DNA from: an uncultured Planctomycetota bacterium
GTDB lineage: Bacteria > Planctomycetota > Planctomycetia > Pirellulales > Lacipirellulaceae
Assembly: GCA_963719315.1 (NCBI GenBank)
Contig: CAVRBU010000001.1
Location: 192,001 to 256,000, forward strand
DNA: 64,000 bases
Direction: 5' to 3'
Below are positions 51,334 through 60,279 of this stretch, in pieces. The notes under the pieces were generated by a model. It saw only the letters and a program-made list of their open reading frames with translations. It searched no databases and was not told the DNA's origin. The translations under genes and the position numbers were made by a program. Within the stretch, counting starts at the first letter, position 1. Each line of letters starts with the position of its first letter.

Positions 51334-51774
51334 ATGAAGCGAAATCTGTTGGTTATGACCGTTTTGTTCAGTTTGTTTGGCCTGGCCGCCATCCCGGCTG
51401 CCCAGGCCCAAAATGGCTGTGGTTACGGCGGTGGCTGCTGGGACGGCGGTTACGGCTGGATGTACAACACGCTACGGTACGAAGTGCCACACTTCGCCGC
51501 ATTCCCGCCGGTCTATTACAGCGAGCCGGTTCCGCGGACTTATGGCTACAGCCCGTTTGCGTATCCGCCGTACGTGATGACGCCGGAAGTGATCGGCGAG
51601 GTGCAGCCGCTGACGATCGACAATCCCTACGTGCCGGCGAACAAAACGGCCAGCCCACCGGCCGCCGACTCGAAATCGGATCATGCCGCCTCGGTGACTC
51701 GGAGCGTCGAGCCGTTGGTGGTCGTGAATCCGTACGTACCGCAGCGCGGCACGGTAGCGCAAAACGCTCAGTAA
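51334..51774 (+). CDS. Secreted Tyr/Pro/Gly-rich hypothetical protein
   Basis: Signal peptide ending AQA; PHFAAFPPVYYS..RTYGYSPFAYPP; the (P)L..xNPYV motif occurs twice. Confidence 0.8.
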   Translation: MKRNLLVMTVLFSLFGLAAIPAAQAQNGCGYGGGCWDGGYGWMYNTLRYEVPHFAAFPPVYYSEPVPRTYGYSPFAYPPYVMTPEVIGEVQPLTIDNPYVPANKTASPPAADSKSDHAASVTRSVEPLVVVNPYVPQRGTVAQNAQ

Positions 51775-51827
51775 AGCGGAAATTATTAAAACACCTTTCA
51801 TTGCGCGGAGGAGCTTCCGCGAGTGAT

Positions 51828-51861
51828 AGCCCCACCCGCAAGTTCGGTTGGGGCTTTTTTT
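51828..51861 (+). terminator. Intrinsic terminator
   Basis: AGCCCCACCCG-CAAGTT-CGGTTGGGGCT followed by a T-run. Confidence 0.75.
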
Positions 51862-52018
51862 GTTTTGCGCCCCAAGTTCAGCGCTAGCAGCAGCTCTGCT
51901 CTTCGCCGCTAGCACGACACAATCGCTCTGGACAGACTCTCGTTTCTCGTTATGCTTCGGGCCCTACTCCTCTTCTACCAGAACGCCGCGCAATCGCGCG
52001 ATACAAGGAACAACACGG

Positions 52019-52936
52019 ATGAACGGAAGTCATCCGATAGTTAACCGCGCCACAAAGTGCGCCCTCGTTGCAGCGCTGTTGGCCGGCGGATGTCGCTCAA
52101 CGTCGAGCGGCGTGAATAATCCATTCCTGGCGCCAAACCGCGTGGCGCCGCCGTCAACGCGCGTACTCGCTCCCGGTCAAGCGCAGCCGTATTATCAGGG
52201 TGATCCGCTGCCGGTGATGCAGAGTGCAACCGAGCCGCCAGCCAATAACCTGATCGCCGGCAATAGTGCGACCGATGCCCGGTCTTCCTCCGGCAAAACA
52301 TTGGCGTGGAACGCGCCGGCAGGCGCGGTACTTGCCATTGCAGCCGCGCCGGTTGCTGCAAACCCAGCGGTGCCGTGGAGTTCGAATCCGCCAGCAGCGA
52401 TGCCAGTTTCCTATGGCAACGAGCAGCCCGTTGCCGTTCCGGCGGACACCAGTTCCATACGATTTGCGTTACCTGCGCCCAACAATCCCGAACCGGCCAC
52501 GCCGACGATTCCGCAGTCCGTCCAACCGGCTGGTGCGACACCGAATCAAGCCGTGATGCTCGCGTCGTATAACACGCCAGTGGCGGGCGACTCATTACCG
52601 GTGGCGAGTGCGCCAACGCTCGGCTCAACACCACAAGTCACATCACCTTGGCGCACGCCGCAGGTCAGTCAGACCACACCCGCTCCGATGTACGGAATGC
52701 AGCCGCCGCCTTACCAAAGCGCGAGCGGCCAACCGATCATGATTCCGGCTCCGCCTCCGAATCTGGTAGTCCATCCGCCGGTTGCGATATCCACCAATCC
52801 GGTGGCGGTTCAATTGCGATCCGTACCGTCGCCGCCGCAGCCGGGAGATCCAATGCCGCGGATTCGCATTCCGGGCTATGACGTGCCGCAGACGGCGGCC
52901 GTTGACGGCTTCCGCCCGCGAAGCAGCATGCAGTAG
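52019..52936 (+). CDS. Pro/Ala-rich, probably disordered lipoprotein
   Basis: Lipobox LLAGGC; NPF..RVAPPST; AAGGA upstream of ATG 52019. Confidence 0.75.
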   Translation: MNGSHPIVNRATKCALVAALLAGGCRSTSSGVNNPFLAPNRVAPPSTRVLAPGQAQPYYQGDPLPVMQSATEPPANNLIAGNSATDARSSSGKTLAWNAPAGAVLAIAAAPVAANPAVPWSSNPPAAMPVSYGNEQPVAVPADTSSIRFALPAPNNPEPATPTIPQSVQPAGATPNQAVMLASYNTPVAGDSLPVASAPTLGSTPQVTSPWRTPQVSQTTPAPMYGMQPPPYQSASGQPIMIPAPPPNLVVHPPVAISTNPVAVQLRSVPSPPQPGDPMPRIRIPGYDVPQTAAVDGFRPRSSMQ

Positions 52937-53032
52937 AACGAGAGGCAACCTCTCACGCCGCGGGGAATGAGCATGTTGGTGGTGAATTCGACATGCCTAC
53001 ACAGGTTTCACGTCGAAGGCATGCCACCGTTG

Positions 53033-53701
53033 CTATGGCGATGTCGCCGCGTAGGCCGCCTTCAGTGCGGCGACTAAATCGGCCACGGTATAGATGCGAC
53101 CGGTCGGTTTGTTTAGGTTGGTGCCATCGGGCACGGCAGCCATCATGCTGCCCATCCTCTGGCCGCCTTTGGTTGTGACCAGGTACTCGATTATTTTGTC
53201 CCCGTCTTTGTCGCGAATAAGATCGCGGATCAGTTTTTCGCCCCGCGGGATCGAGCTCAAGCGATCGAGGTGCGCAAATGCGCCTGGTAATCGAGCCAGC
53301 CGCCGCATGAACTTCCGGCCCGCTTCGGTCGAAAGCTCACGTGCGATGAACGAGCCATCGTCGAGACCTCGCTCCGCAATATTGTCTGCGCCGGGAACAG
53401 GCGCGCCAGCATCATTCAACTTGGTCAGCACACGCTCAATTTGCGATCGCATAATGAAGTCGCCCGGCTGGTAATCTGGGAGCGAGGCGAAATAGCCTTC
53501 AACCGCCCGGCTCATCGAGCCAAGGTCTGGCGTGCCAGCTCGTTGCGCCGCGGCCGCGAAATCGATCAATTGGATAAAGACACAGGTTGTCGTCACGACA
53601 CGCGCGACAATGGGGACAAAATTGTCGGCCATTGCGCGAACCGGCCCGTAAGTTGCAGGGTCGTTATAGCCAATAGCTTCGAGCGCAATGGGTTTGTTCA
53701 T
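53033..53701 (-). CDS. Hypothetical, probably exported protein
   Basis: 222-aa ORF with protein-like composition filling the gap; start uncertain. Confidence 0.65.
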   Translation of the reverse strand: MNKPIALEAIGYNDPATYGPVRAMADNFVPIVARVVTTTCVFIQLIDFAAAAQRAGTPDLGSMSRAVEGYFASLPDYQPGDFIMRSQIERVLTKLNDAGAPVPGADNIAERGLDDGSFIARELSTEAGRKFMRRLARLPGAFAHLDRLSSIPRGEKLIRDLIRDKDGDKIIEYLVTTKGGQRMGSMMAAVPDGTNLNKPTGRIYTVADLVAALKAAYAATSP

Positions 53702-53851
53702 AGCAAATTACCGGTGTTAAGCGCCAGGAAAAACTTCGTTCCGCGGGAGGAACAAAGTTCACCAAATATCGGCCCGGGCGCAAGTTGCCTGTCAGTAAAA
53801 GCTTAGCACAGTTCCATAGATCTTTTCGGCTTTTAGGGACCACCCGAATGA

Positions 53852-53880
53852 TTGAATCTCTGGCTCCAAGTGCTTATACT
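53852..53880 (+). promoter_or_regulatory. Sigma-70-type promoter
   Basis: TTGAAT-N17-TATACT upstream of ATG 53941. Confidence 0.55.
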
Positions 53881-53940
53881 GAAACGCCATTGGACGGAAG
53901 GTTGGGGAGGCGCGGGGTAGTTGGTATAGGAGATGCCGTT

Positions 53941-54216
53941 ATGTCGCGAAGCACGTATTTTGTGCAAGAATGCCCTACTTGTGGGCGGAAATTACAAGTC
54001 CGCGTTCAATACTTAGGGAAGCAGGTCGTCTGCCAGCACTGCAGCGCCCGTTTTGAAGCGTACGACCCCGGATCCGCTGCCTATCCGCCGCCGCCATCTA
54101 GCTTATCGCTGCTGGCGCGAGCCGAACAACTGCTGCAATCCGCCAGTGCGTCGCAGTTGGCCATGCCTGTCGGTAGCCATGCGATGACCGACGTGGTGCC
54201 CGTGCGGCCGAAGTAG
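53941..54216 (+). CDS. Small zinc-ribbon protein
   Basis: CPTC..CQHC; AGGAG RBS. Confidence 0.8.
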   Translation: MSRSTYFVQECPTCGRKLQVRVQYLGKQVVCQHCSARFEAYDPGSAAYPPPPSSLSLLARAEQLLQSASASQLAMPVGSHAMTDVVPVRPK

Positions 54217-54256
54217 TTTGAAGTTCGCTCACTTCTCGGGGCGATTCGGTAGTTTC

Positions 54257-55543
54257 TTACTTGCCGTCGCGCGTTAGCTCTTTTAGGTCGTCGAAAAACC
54301 TGGGATACGTTTTTTCAACGCACTGCGGATCATTGATTCGCACACCCGCGATTCGCAAGCCAGAGAGCGCGAAGCTCATCGCCATTCGATGATCGCGGTA
54401 TGTATCGATTGCCGCCGCCGATAGCTTGCCGGGCTGGATTGTTAGCCCGTCCGATTGTTCGTGAACGTTGGCGCCTAGCTTTCGCAATTCCGTCGCCACA
54501 GCGGCGAGGCGGTCGGTCTCTTTGTGCCGAATGTGGGAGACGTTAAAAATCGTCGTCGGCCCGTCCGCGAAAAGAGCGACGACTGCCAACGACTGAACGG
54601 TGTCGCTGATGGCGTTCATGTCCACGTTGATGCCCTTTAGAGAACGCCCCGAGACGGCAATCGAGTTCGACTCGCGCTGCACGTTGCAGCCCATCTGTTC
54701 GAGGCAATCGACGAACGCCACATCACCCTGAAGGCTTTCGGCTGAAAGCCCTTCTACAGTCACTTCGCCACCCGTGATTGCCGCCGCCGCCCAAAAGTAA
54801 CTTGCGGCCGAAGCATCCGGCTCAATCGCATACTCGCGAGCACGGTAGGGCTGCGGTACGATCTTGAAGCGGGCCAATTTCGCGTCGGTTTCCACATCGG
54901 CACCGAATGCTTGCATCACCGCGAGCGTCATCTCGACGTATGGCTGCGACACAAGCGTGCCATCGATTTCCAATTCGATCGGCGCGAAAGCGGTCGGCGC
55001 CGCCATGAGCAGTCCACTCAAGAACTGGCTCGAAATGTCGCCGCGAACCTTGGCGAGACCGCCGCGAAGACCGTTTGCATGCACAACTACGGGCGGGCAG
55101 TCATTGCTGTTTTCGCTCACAATCCGCGCGCCTAACTGTCGCAGCGCATCAAGCAAGTCACCGATTGGCCGCTCGCGCATGCGCTCGACGCCATCCAGTC
55201 GAAACGATCCGTGTCCTAATGTGACGAGTGCGGCCAAAAAACGCATCGTCGTTCCGCTGTTGGCGCAAAACAGTTCGGCCTCAAGTGCCGGCACGCAGCC
55301 GCCGGTGCCGCGAACGAGGAGGTTTGTTCTAGCTTTGCGCGGCATGACTTCGAACCCCAATCGGCCCAAGTTTTCAATCATCACCCGCGTGTCTTCGCTA
55401 TCGAGCGTGCCGCTGAGCATCGAGTTGCCGTCGGCCAGCGCCGCGCACACCAATGCTCGATTCGTAATGCTTTTCGACCCCGGCGGCCGAATTCGGCCGC
55501 GAATCGGCCCTGCAACCGGCGTGATTTCTAATGGATCATTCAT
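54257..55543 (-). CDS. aroA: EPSP synthase
   Basis: PGSKSITNR, NSGTTMRF, SSQFLSG, RHKETDR, DHRMAM. Confidence 0.96.
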   Translation of the reverse strand: MNDPLEITPVAGPIRGRIRPPGSKSITNRALVCAALADGNSMLSGTLDSEDTRVMIENLGRLGFEVMPRKARTNLLVRGTGGCVPALEAELFCANSGTTMRFLAALVTLGHGSFRLDGVERMRERPIGDLLDALRQLGARIVSENSNDCPPVVVHANGLRGGLAKVRGDISSQFLSGLLMAAPTAFAPIELEIDGTLVSQPYVEMTLAVMQAFGADVETDAKLARFKIVPQPYRAREYAIEPDASAASYFWAAAAITGGEVTVEGLSAESLQGDVAFVDCLEQMGCNVQRESNSIAVSGRSLKGINVDMNAISDTVQSLAVVALFADGPTTIFNVSHIRHKETDRLAAVATELRKLGANVHEQSDGLTIQPGKLSAAAIDTYRDHRMAMSFALSGLRIAGVRINDPQCVEKTYPRFFDDLKELTRDGK

Positions 55544-55649
55544 GGCAAGCCGGCGTGAACAACTAGCGTCAATTCGGTATGATTAAGGTCTAGCGTAGAC
55601 AACGAGGCCAAATGAGGCCAGCGGGGATTTCTCAAACACATACAGCGTT

Positions 55650-55716
55650 AGCCACGACGAGCACAACAGACACGACGATATTTTGCCCCTGTCGTTTCCG
55701 TCGTGCCGTCATGGTT
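55650..55716. repeat. Inverted ~9-nt periodic repeat hairpin (CAC type)
   Basis: AGCCACGACGAGCACAACAGACACGACGA ... TGTCGTTTCCGTCGTGCCGTCATGGTT. Confidence 0.72.
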
Positions 55717-55734
55717 CAAATCCACCGGGGCACG

Positions 55735-58093
55735 ATGAAGAAAAACAAATCAGGCGGCGGCTGGCCGGCCGTGTGGTACACGTGGCGAAAAGCTCGCGAG
55801 GCCGGCGGCTTTCTTAAACTCTGGCGGGCCATGCGTTCCAAGAACGCCTGCAAGACCTGCGCGCTCGGCATGGGCGGGCAAAGGGGCGGCATGGTCAACG
55901 AACTCGGCCATTTCCCTGAGGTCTGCAAGAAAAGTTTGCAGGCGATGGTCGCCGACATGCAAGGCGCCATCCGCGGTGACTTTTGGCAAAGGTATTCGCC
56001 TCGCGAGCTGCGGCAATTGTCGCCGCGCGAGTTGGAAGCATGTGGGCGGCTTGTCGAACCCGTGCTATACACCCGCGACACGGGCTGGTATACGCCCATC
56101 TCGTGGGATGATGCGCTCGGACGCATCGTCGCCAAGCTCCGCGCCACGCCGCCCAACGACACATTTTGGTACTTCAGTGGGCGCAGCAGCAACGAAGCCG
56201 GATTTTTGCTCCAGCTTTTCGCTCGACAATTCGGCACGAACAACGTCAACAATTGCAGCTACTATTGCCACCAGGCGAGCGGCGTCGGCTTGGCGAGTGT
56301 TATCGGCAGCGGCACCGCCACGATTCAACTCGAAGACCTGGAACACGCCGACTTGGTGTTCCTCATCGGCGGCAATCCGGCCAGCAATCACCCGCGCCTC
56401 ATGCGGACACTGCTCCACGTCCGTCGGCGGGGCGGCGAGGTGATCGTCATCAACCCGCTTGTAGAAACGGGTCTTGTGCGATTCAGCGTTCCCAGCGACA
56501 TCAAGAGTCTATTGTTCGGCAGCAAGATCGCCAGCTTGTACGTTCAACCCCATATTGGCGGCGATTTGGCACTGCTCACCGGTATTGCGAAGCGCATCGT
56601 CGAAATGAGAGCCCACGATGAGACGTACCTCGACAACCACACCCAAGGTTGGCCTGAGCTGCGGTTTCGACTGGCAGAAGTTACCTGGGACGAGATAGTC
56701 ACCAAGAGTGGGGTGAGCCGGGATGATATTGAGGCGATCGCGACGCGGTACGCCGCGGCAAAGAACGTCGTGTTTAGTTGGACGATGGGAATTACGCATC
56801 ACGCCCATGGCGTAAGAAACGTACAGGCGATCGCCAACCTGGCGTTGCTCCGGGGCATGGTTGGCCGACCGGGCGCCGGCCTGATGCCCATCCGTGGCCA
56901 CTCGAATGTACAGGGAATTGGCTCCGTCGGCGTCGTGCCCAAGTTGAAGGACGCGATCTTCGACCGGCTCCAATCGCACTTCGGCGTTGTGCTGCCCACC
57001 GCACCGGGGCGCGACACAATGGCTTGCATGGAAGGGGCCGCCGCCGGTGAGTTGAAAGTCGGCTTCTGCCTCGGCGGCAATTTGTATGGTTCGAATCCTG
57101 ACGCGACGTTCGCCTCACAGGCGATCGCTAACCTTGAACAAATCACTTACCTCAGTACCACGCTCAACACCGGGCACGCCTACGGGTTAGCGCGAGACGA
57201 TCATTTTGCCCGTTTCCGCTCGCGACGAAGAACCGGAGCCGACGACGCAGGAGTCGATGTTCAACTACGTCCGCATGAGCGACGGCGGCCCGCAGCGGCA
57301 CGCCGGAACGCGCTCCGAAATCAACGTCATCGCCAGCATCGCGGCCGGCGTGTTTGCGAAAGCGGAAGAGGGAGTTTGGCAGGGGGAAGGTCAAAGTATT
57401 GCTAAAAACGGCTTGGACTGTCCCCCTTCTTCCTTTCCCCGTCCGTCTTCGCCACTAAATTGGTCTTCCATGCGCTCCCCTGCTCAAATCCGCCAAGCGA
57501 TCGGCCGCATCGTTCCCGGTTTCGAGAAGCTTTCCGAAATCGACCGAACGAAGCAAGAATTCCAAATCGGCGGCCGCACATTTCACACACCGCAATTCGC
57601 CACGCCCGATGGCCGTGCGCGAATTCACACACACATATTGCCCGATCTCGCAGGCACCGGACCCGATGAAATCCGGCTCATGACGATTCGCAGCGAGGGC
57701 CAATTCAACACGGTCGTCTACGAAGACGAGGACGTTTACCGCGGCATCGACCGCCGCGACGTGATCCTACTACATCCCGACGACCTCCGCCGCTTGAGGA
57801 TTTGCGACAACGACCCCGTCACAATCCACGGCCCCGCCGGCAACATGCCCAACATCCGCGCGACAGCATTCGACACCATCAAACCCGGCAACGCCGCCAT
57901 GTACTACCCCGAGTGCAATGTCCTCATCAGCCGCACGCTCGACCCGCAGAGCAAGACGCCGGCGTTCAAAGGCGTCATCGTGCGGGTGGAAGCTGCGCGG
58001 TCGGATACATCTACCCGCCCATCTGCGTCGGATCCACAGTTGGTGCAGATCGCGGGCGATGTCGATCGATCGCACAAACAGACGGTCAAATAA
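55735..58093 (+). CDS. FdhF/YdeP family molybdopterin oxidoreductase; frameshift near 57192
   Basis: CKTCALGMGG, SGRSSNE, YCHQASG, PIRGHSNVQG; second frame ETIILPV..TIRSEGQFNT..PAFK. Confidence 0.9.
57364..57450. repeat. Degenerate inverted heptamer repeat in frame inside the FdhF/YdeP gene
   Basis: Purine arm GGAAGAG-GGAGTTT-GGCAGGG-GGAAGGT and pyrimidine arm CCCCTTC-TTCCTTT-CCCCGTC-CGTCTTC. Confidence 0.5.
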
Positions 58094-59474
58094 TGGTCGA
58101 TAATCCTGGCAAGAACACGATTGCGCTACTTCCGGGTCGCGTCGCAAAAAAGTCCGAATGAGTAGCCGGCTCTGTGAATTCGAGTTGATAGCGTGATTGC
58201 CACTCGTCCAGAAACGACGAAGCAGCGTCTCGATGGACCAGCGCCCATATACTTCCCCCAAATCCCGCGCCGAAGGTTGACGCGGCAGGTGCGCCAAGCT
58301 GATGGGCGATTTCCACAAGCCGGATTGTTTCCGGAGTTTGGTTTTTCAGCAGCTTTACACCCAATTCGTGCGATTGCCGCACCAAGTCGCCAAATTTGTC
58401 AATCGTGGCCGGGGTAATTAAATCTGGAACCGATCGAATCAATCGGCTTTCGACCACAAAATGATCGAGACGCTCAAGCAAATCGTGGCTCGCGAACATT
58501 TCGTTTTTGGTTTTGGCTAGGACCTCACGCAACCGCTCGGTAGCATCGGGAGCCGAATCAAGAATCGTCGCGAGCGACTGCTCATATCGATTTGTCGATC
58601 GGCACCACGTATCCACGATCGTTCTTACCATCGCGGAAAGGCGGTTGTATTTTTCCAATGCGGCGCCCGTCTTTTCGGCAACCACGCCGCTCGACGCGAT
58701 CGCGAACACGTATTCATCGGCCAACTCAATCGTTCGCCGAAAGCTCACTGGACAAAACGAATATTGAACAAGTTTGCCCGGCTGGCCGCACAAAATCGCC
58801 GTGTGGTCTTCGCTGCCGCCGAATGTGCCGACTCCCTTGTCGCCGGCAAACGGCCCGAAGCTCATGCCGTTTTCGACGGCGCTCAGGTAGCCGGCCAGGT
58901 CTTCCGGCGTACGAATATGGCGCGAGTATGACGGGTCGCGTTCCAAGTCGTTGATCTGAGCGAGCACCAAAAAGGTGCCAACCACAAACGCGCTCGAACT
59001 GCTCATGCCCGCTGACGGCGGCAGATTGCTCGCAAACGCGATCGTCGCCCCACGACGCGCCTGCGGAAAATTCTTCGCCATTCGCCGCGCCACAGTCTGC
59101 GGATAGTTCGACCAATGCCCGATCCGCGGCTGCAAGTCTTCGCGAAGCGCGAACTCCGACGAGTCATTTCGCCGCGAATCGACCATTCGAATGGTATTGT
59201 CGGCCGCAGCAACGGCGATCATGCAAAAGCCGCGTTCTGCCGTCGCGAGCACGCTCTCGCCGCCGCAGTAGTCGGTGTACTTTCCCAGCACTTCAATTCG
59301 CCCTGGTGCCCAGCACGCGACGACTGACCGTTTGTCGTCGATACTTCGAGCACACAACGCGTGAGCCGATACCACAAAACATTCTGCGGCGTTCGCGGCA
59401 CATTTCCGACCCATGCCTGCGGCGACCAACCGCGCAGCAACGTCCTCTCGGTCGAGCCAGTCGGCGAGCATCAT
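58086..59474 (-). CDS. GHMP-family sugar kinase (galactokinase-like)
   Basis: APGRIEVLGKYTDY, PPSAGMSSSSA, FGAGFGG. Confidence 0.88.
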   Translation of the reverse strand: MMLADWLDREDVAARLVAAGMGRKCAANAAECFVVSAHALCARSIDDKRSVVACWAPGRIEVLGKYTDYCGGESVLATAERGFCMIAVAAADNTIRMVDSRRNDSSEFALREDLQPRIGHWSNYPQTVARRMAKNFPQARRGATIAFASNLPPSAGMSSSSAFVVGTFLVLAQINDLERDPSYSRHIRTPEDLAGYLSAVENGMSFGPFAGDKGVGTFGGSEDHTAILCGQPGKLVQYSFCPVSFRRTIELADEYVFAIASSGVVAEKTGAALEKYNRLSAMVRTIVDTWCRSTNRYEQSLATILDSAPDATERLREVLAKTKNEMFASHDLLERLDHFVVESRLIRSVPDLITPATIDKFGDLVRQSHELGVKLLKNQTPETIRLVEIAHQLGAPAASTFGAGFGGSIWALVHRDAASSFLDEWQSRYQLEFTEPATHSDFFATRPGSSAIVFLPGLSTII

Positions 59475-60274
59475 AGACGCACCTCAACGGATGCCAGTCT
59501 TCGCGCAACTTCAACAACATCGGCTTGCGTGGACAAATCCAAGACCGGGTCATCCACAACCAGCACATCAAAACGCTCGCCCAATTTGTCGATGGCGTAC
59601 GACACCGCGTCCGTCAGCTCGTACTCGCCCCGCGCCGACCGCGGTATGGCGCGACACGCCTCAAGAACGACAGGTGTAAACCGCCAGCAATTCATGCCAA
59701 TTAGAACCGCGTCTTCGATGCGCAAAAACGTTTCATCGTCGGGTTTTTCGACCACGCGCTGCAGATGCCCGTCCGCGCCCAAAGATAGTATGGCAAAGTT
59801 CCGTATGCGCTGCGCGGCAATGTTTCCGCGACTAAGTCCTTTCGGCCGAAACGCGGCGACGGCCGATCCCGTCATCGAGCGCAGGCCGCCCAACGCGCTC
59901 GCCGGATAATAATTGTCGGCATTGATCAATAGGAAGGGATCGTCGCGCACAAAGCCAGTTGCGGCCGCGGCGGCATTCGCCGTCCCCAGCGGCTCCTGCT
60001 GAGTCGCGAATTCGATTGCTAGGCACCTTCCGCTTAAACTTCCGACATGCTCGCGCAGCGCGCCGTGATCCGGCCCGATGACGAGGCACACGCGCCGGTA
60101 GCCCGCATCGGCCAGCCCCGAAAGCACATAGTCGATGAACGGCCTGCCGACCGGCATCATTGCCTTCAAGCCGCTGCGCGCGACCTCGCGTTGCGTCGCG
60201 CTCAGTCGGGCCGAATTCTGTACCTGCTGCATCCGCGAGCCGCGCCCAGCCGCCAAGATGACTGCTTTGTCCAT
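59471..60274 (-). CDS. Sugar-phosphate nucleotidyltransferase
   Basis: AVILAAGRGSRM, QQEPLGTA, NADN, VEKP, SARGEYELTDA. Confidence 0.9.
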   Translation of the reverse strand: MDKAVILAAGRGSRMQQVQNSARLSATQREVARSGLKAMMPVGRPFIDYVLSGLADAGYRRVCLVIGPDHGALREHVGSLSGRCLAIEFATQQEPLGTANAAAAATGFVRDDPFLLINADNYYPASALGGLRSMTGSAVAAFRPKGLSRGNIAAQRIRNFAILSLGADGHLQRVVEKPDDETFLRIEDAVLIGMNCWRFTPVVLEACRAIPRSARGEYELTDAVSYAIDKLGERFDVLVVDDPVLDLSTQADVVEVARRLASVEVRL

Positions 60275-60279
60275 TGCCG

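Noticed and set aside
57088..57100. GGTTCGAATCC T-loop-like sequence (similar at about 52380)
   Set aside because: It lies inside a CDS with no cloverleaf around it, so it is not a tRNA.
7952..58093. Calling the eight frameshifted genes pseudogenes or programmed frameshifts
   Set aside because: Each break is a small indel in a shared GCGC/CGCG context with no other decay or slippery heptamer seen, so sequencing error is more parsimonious.
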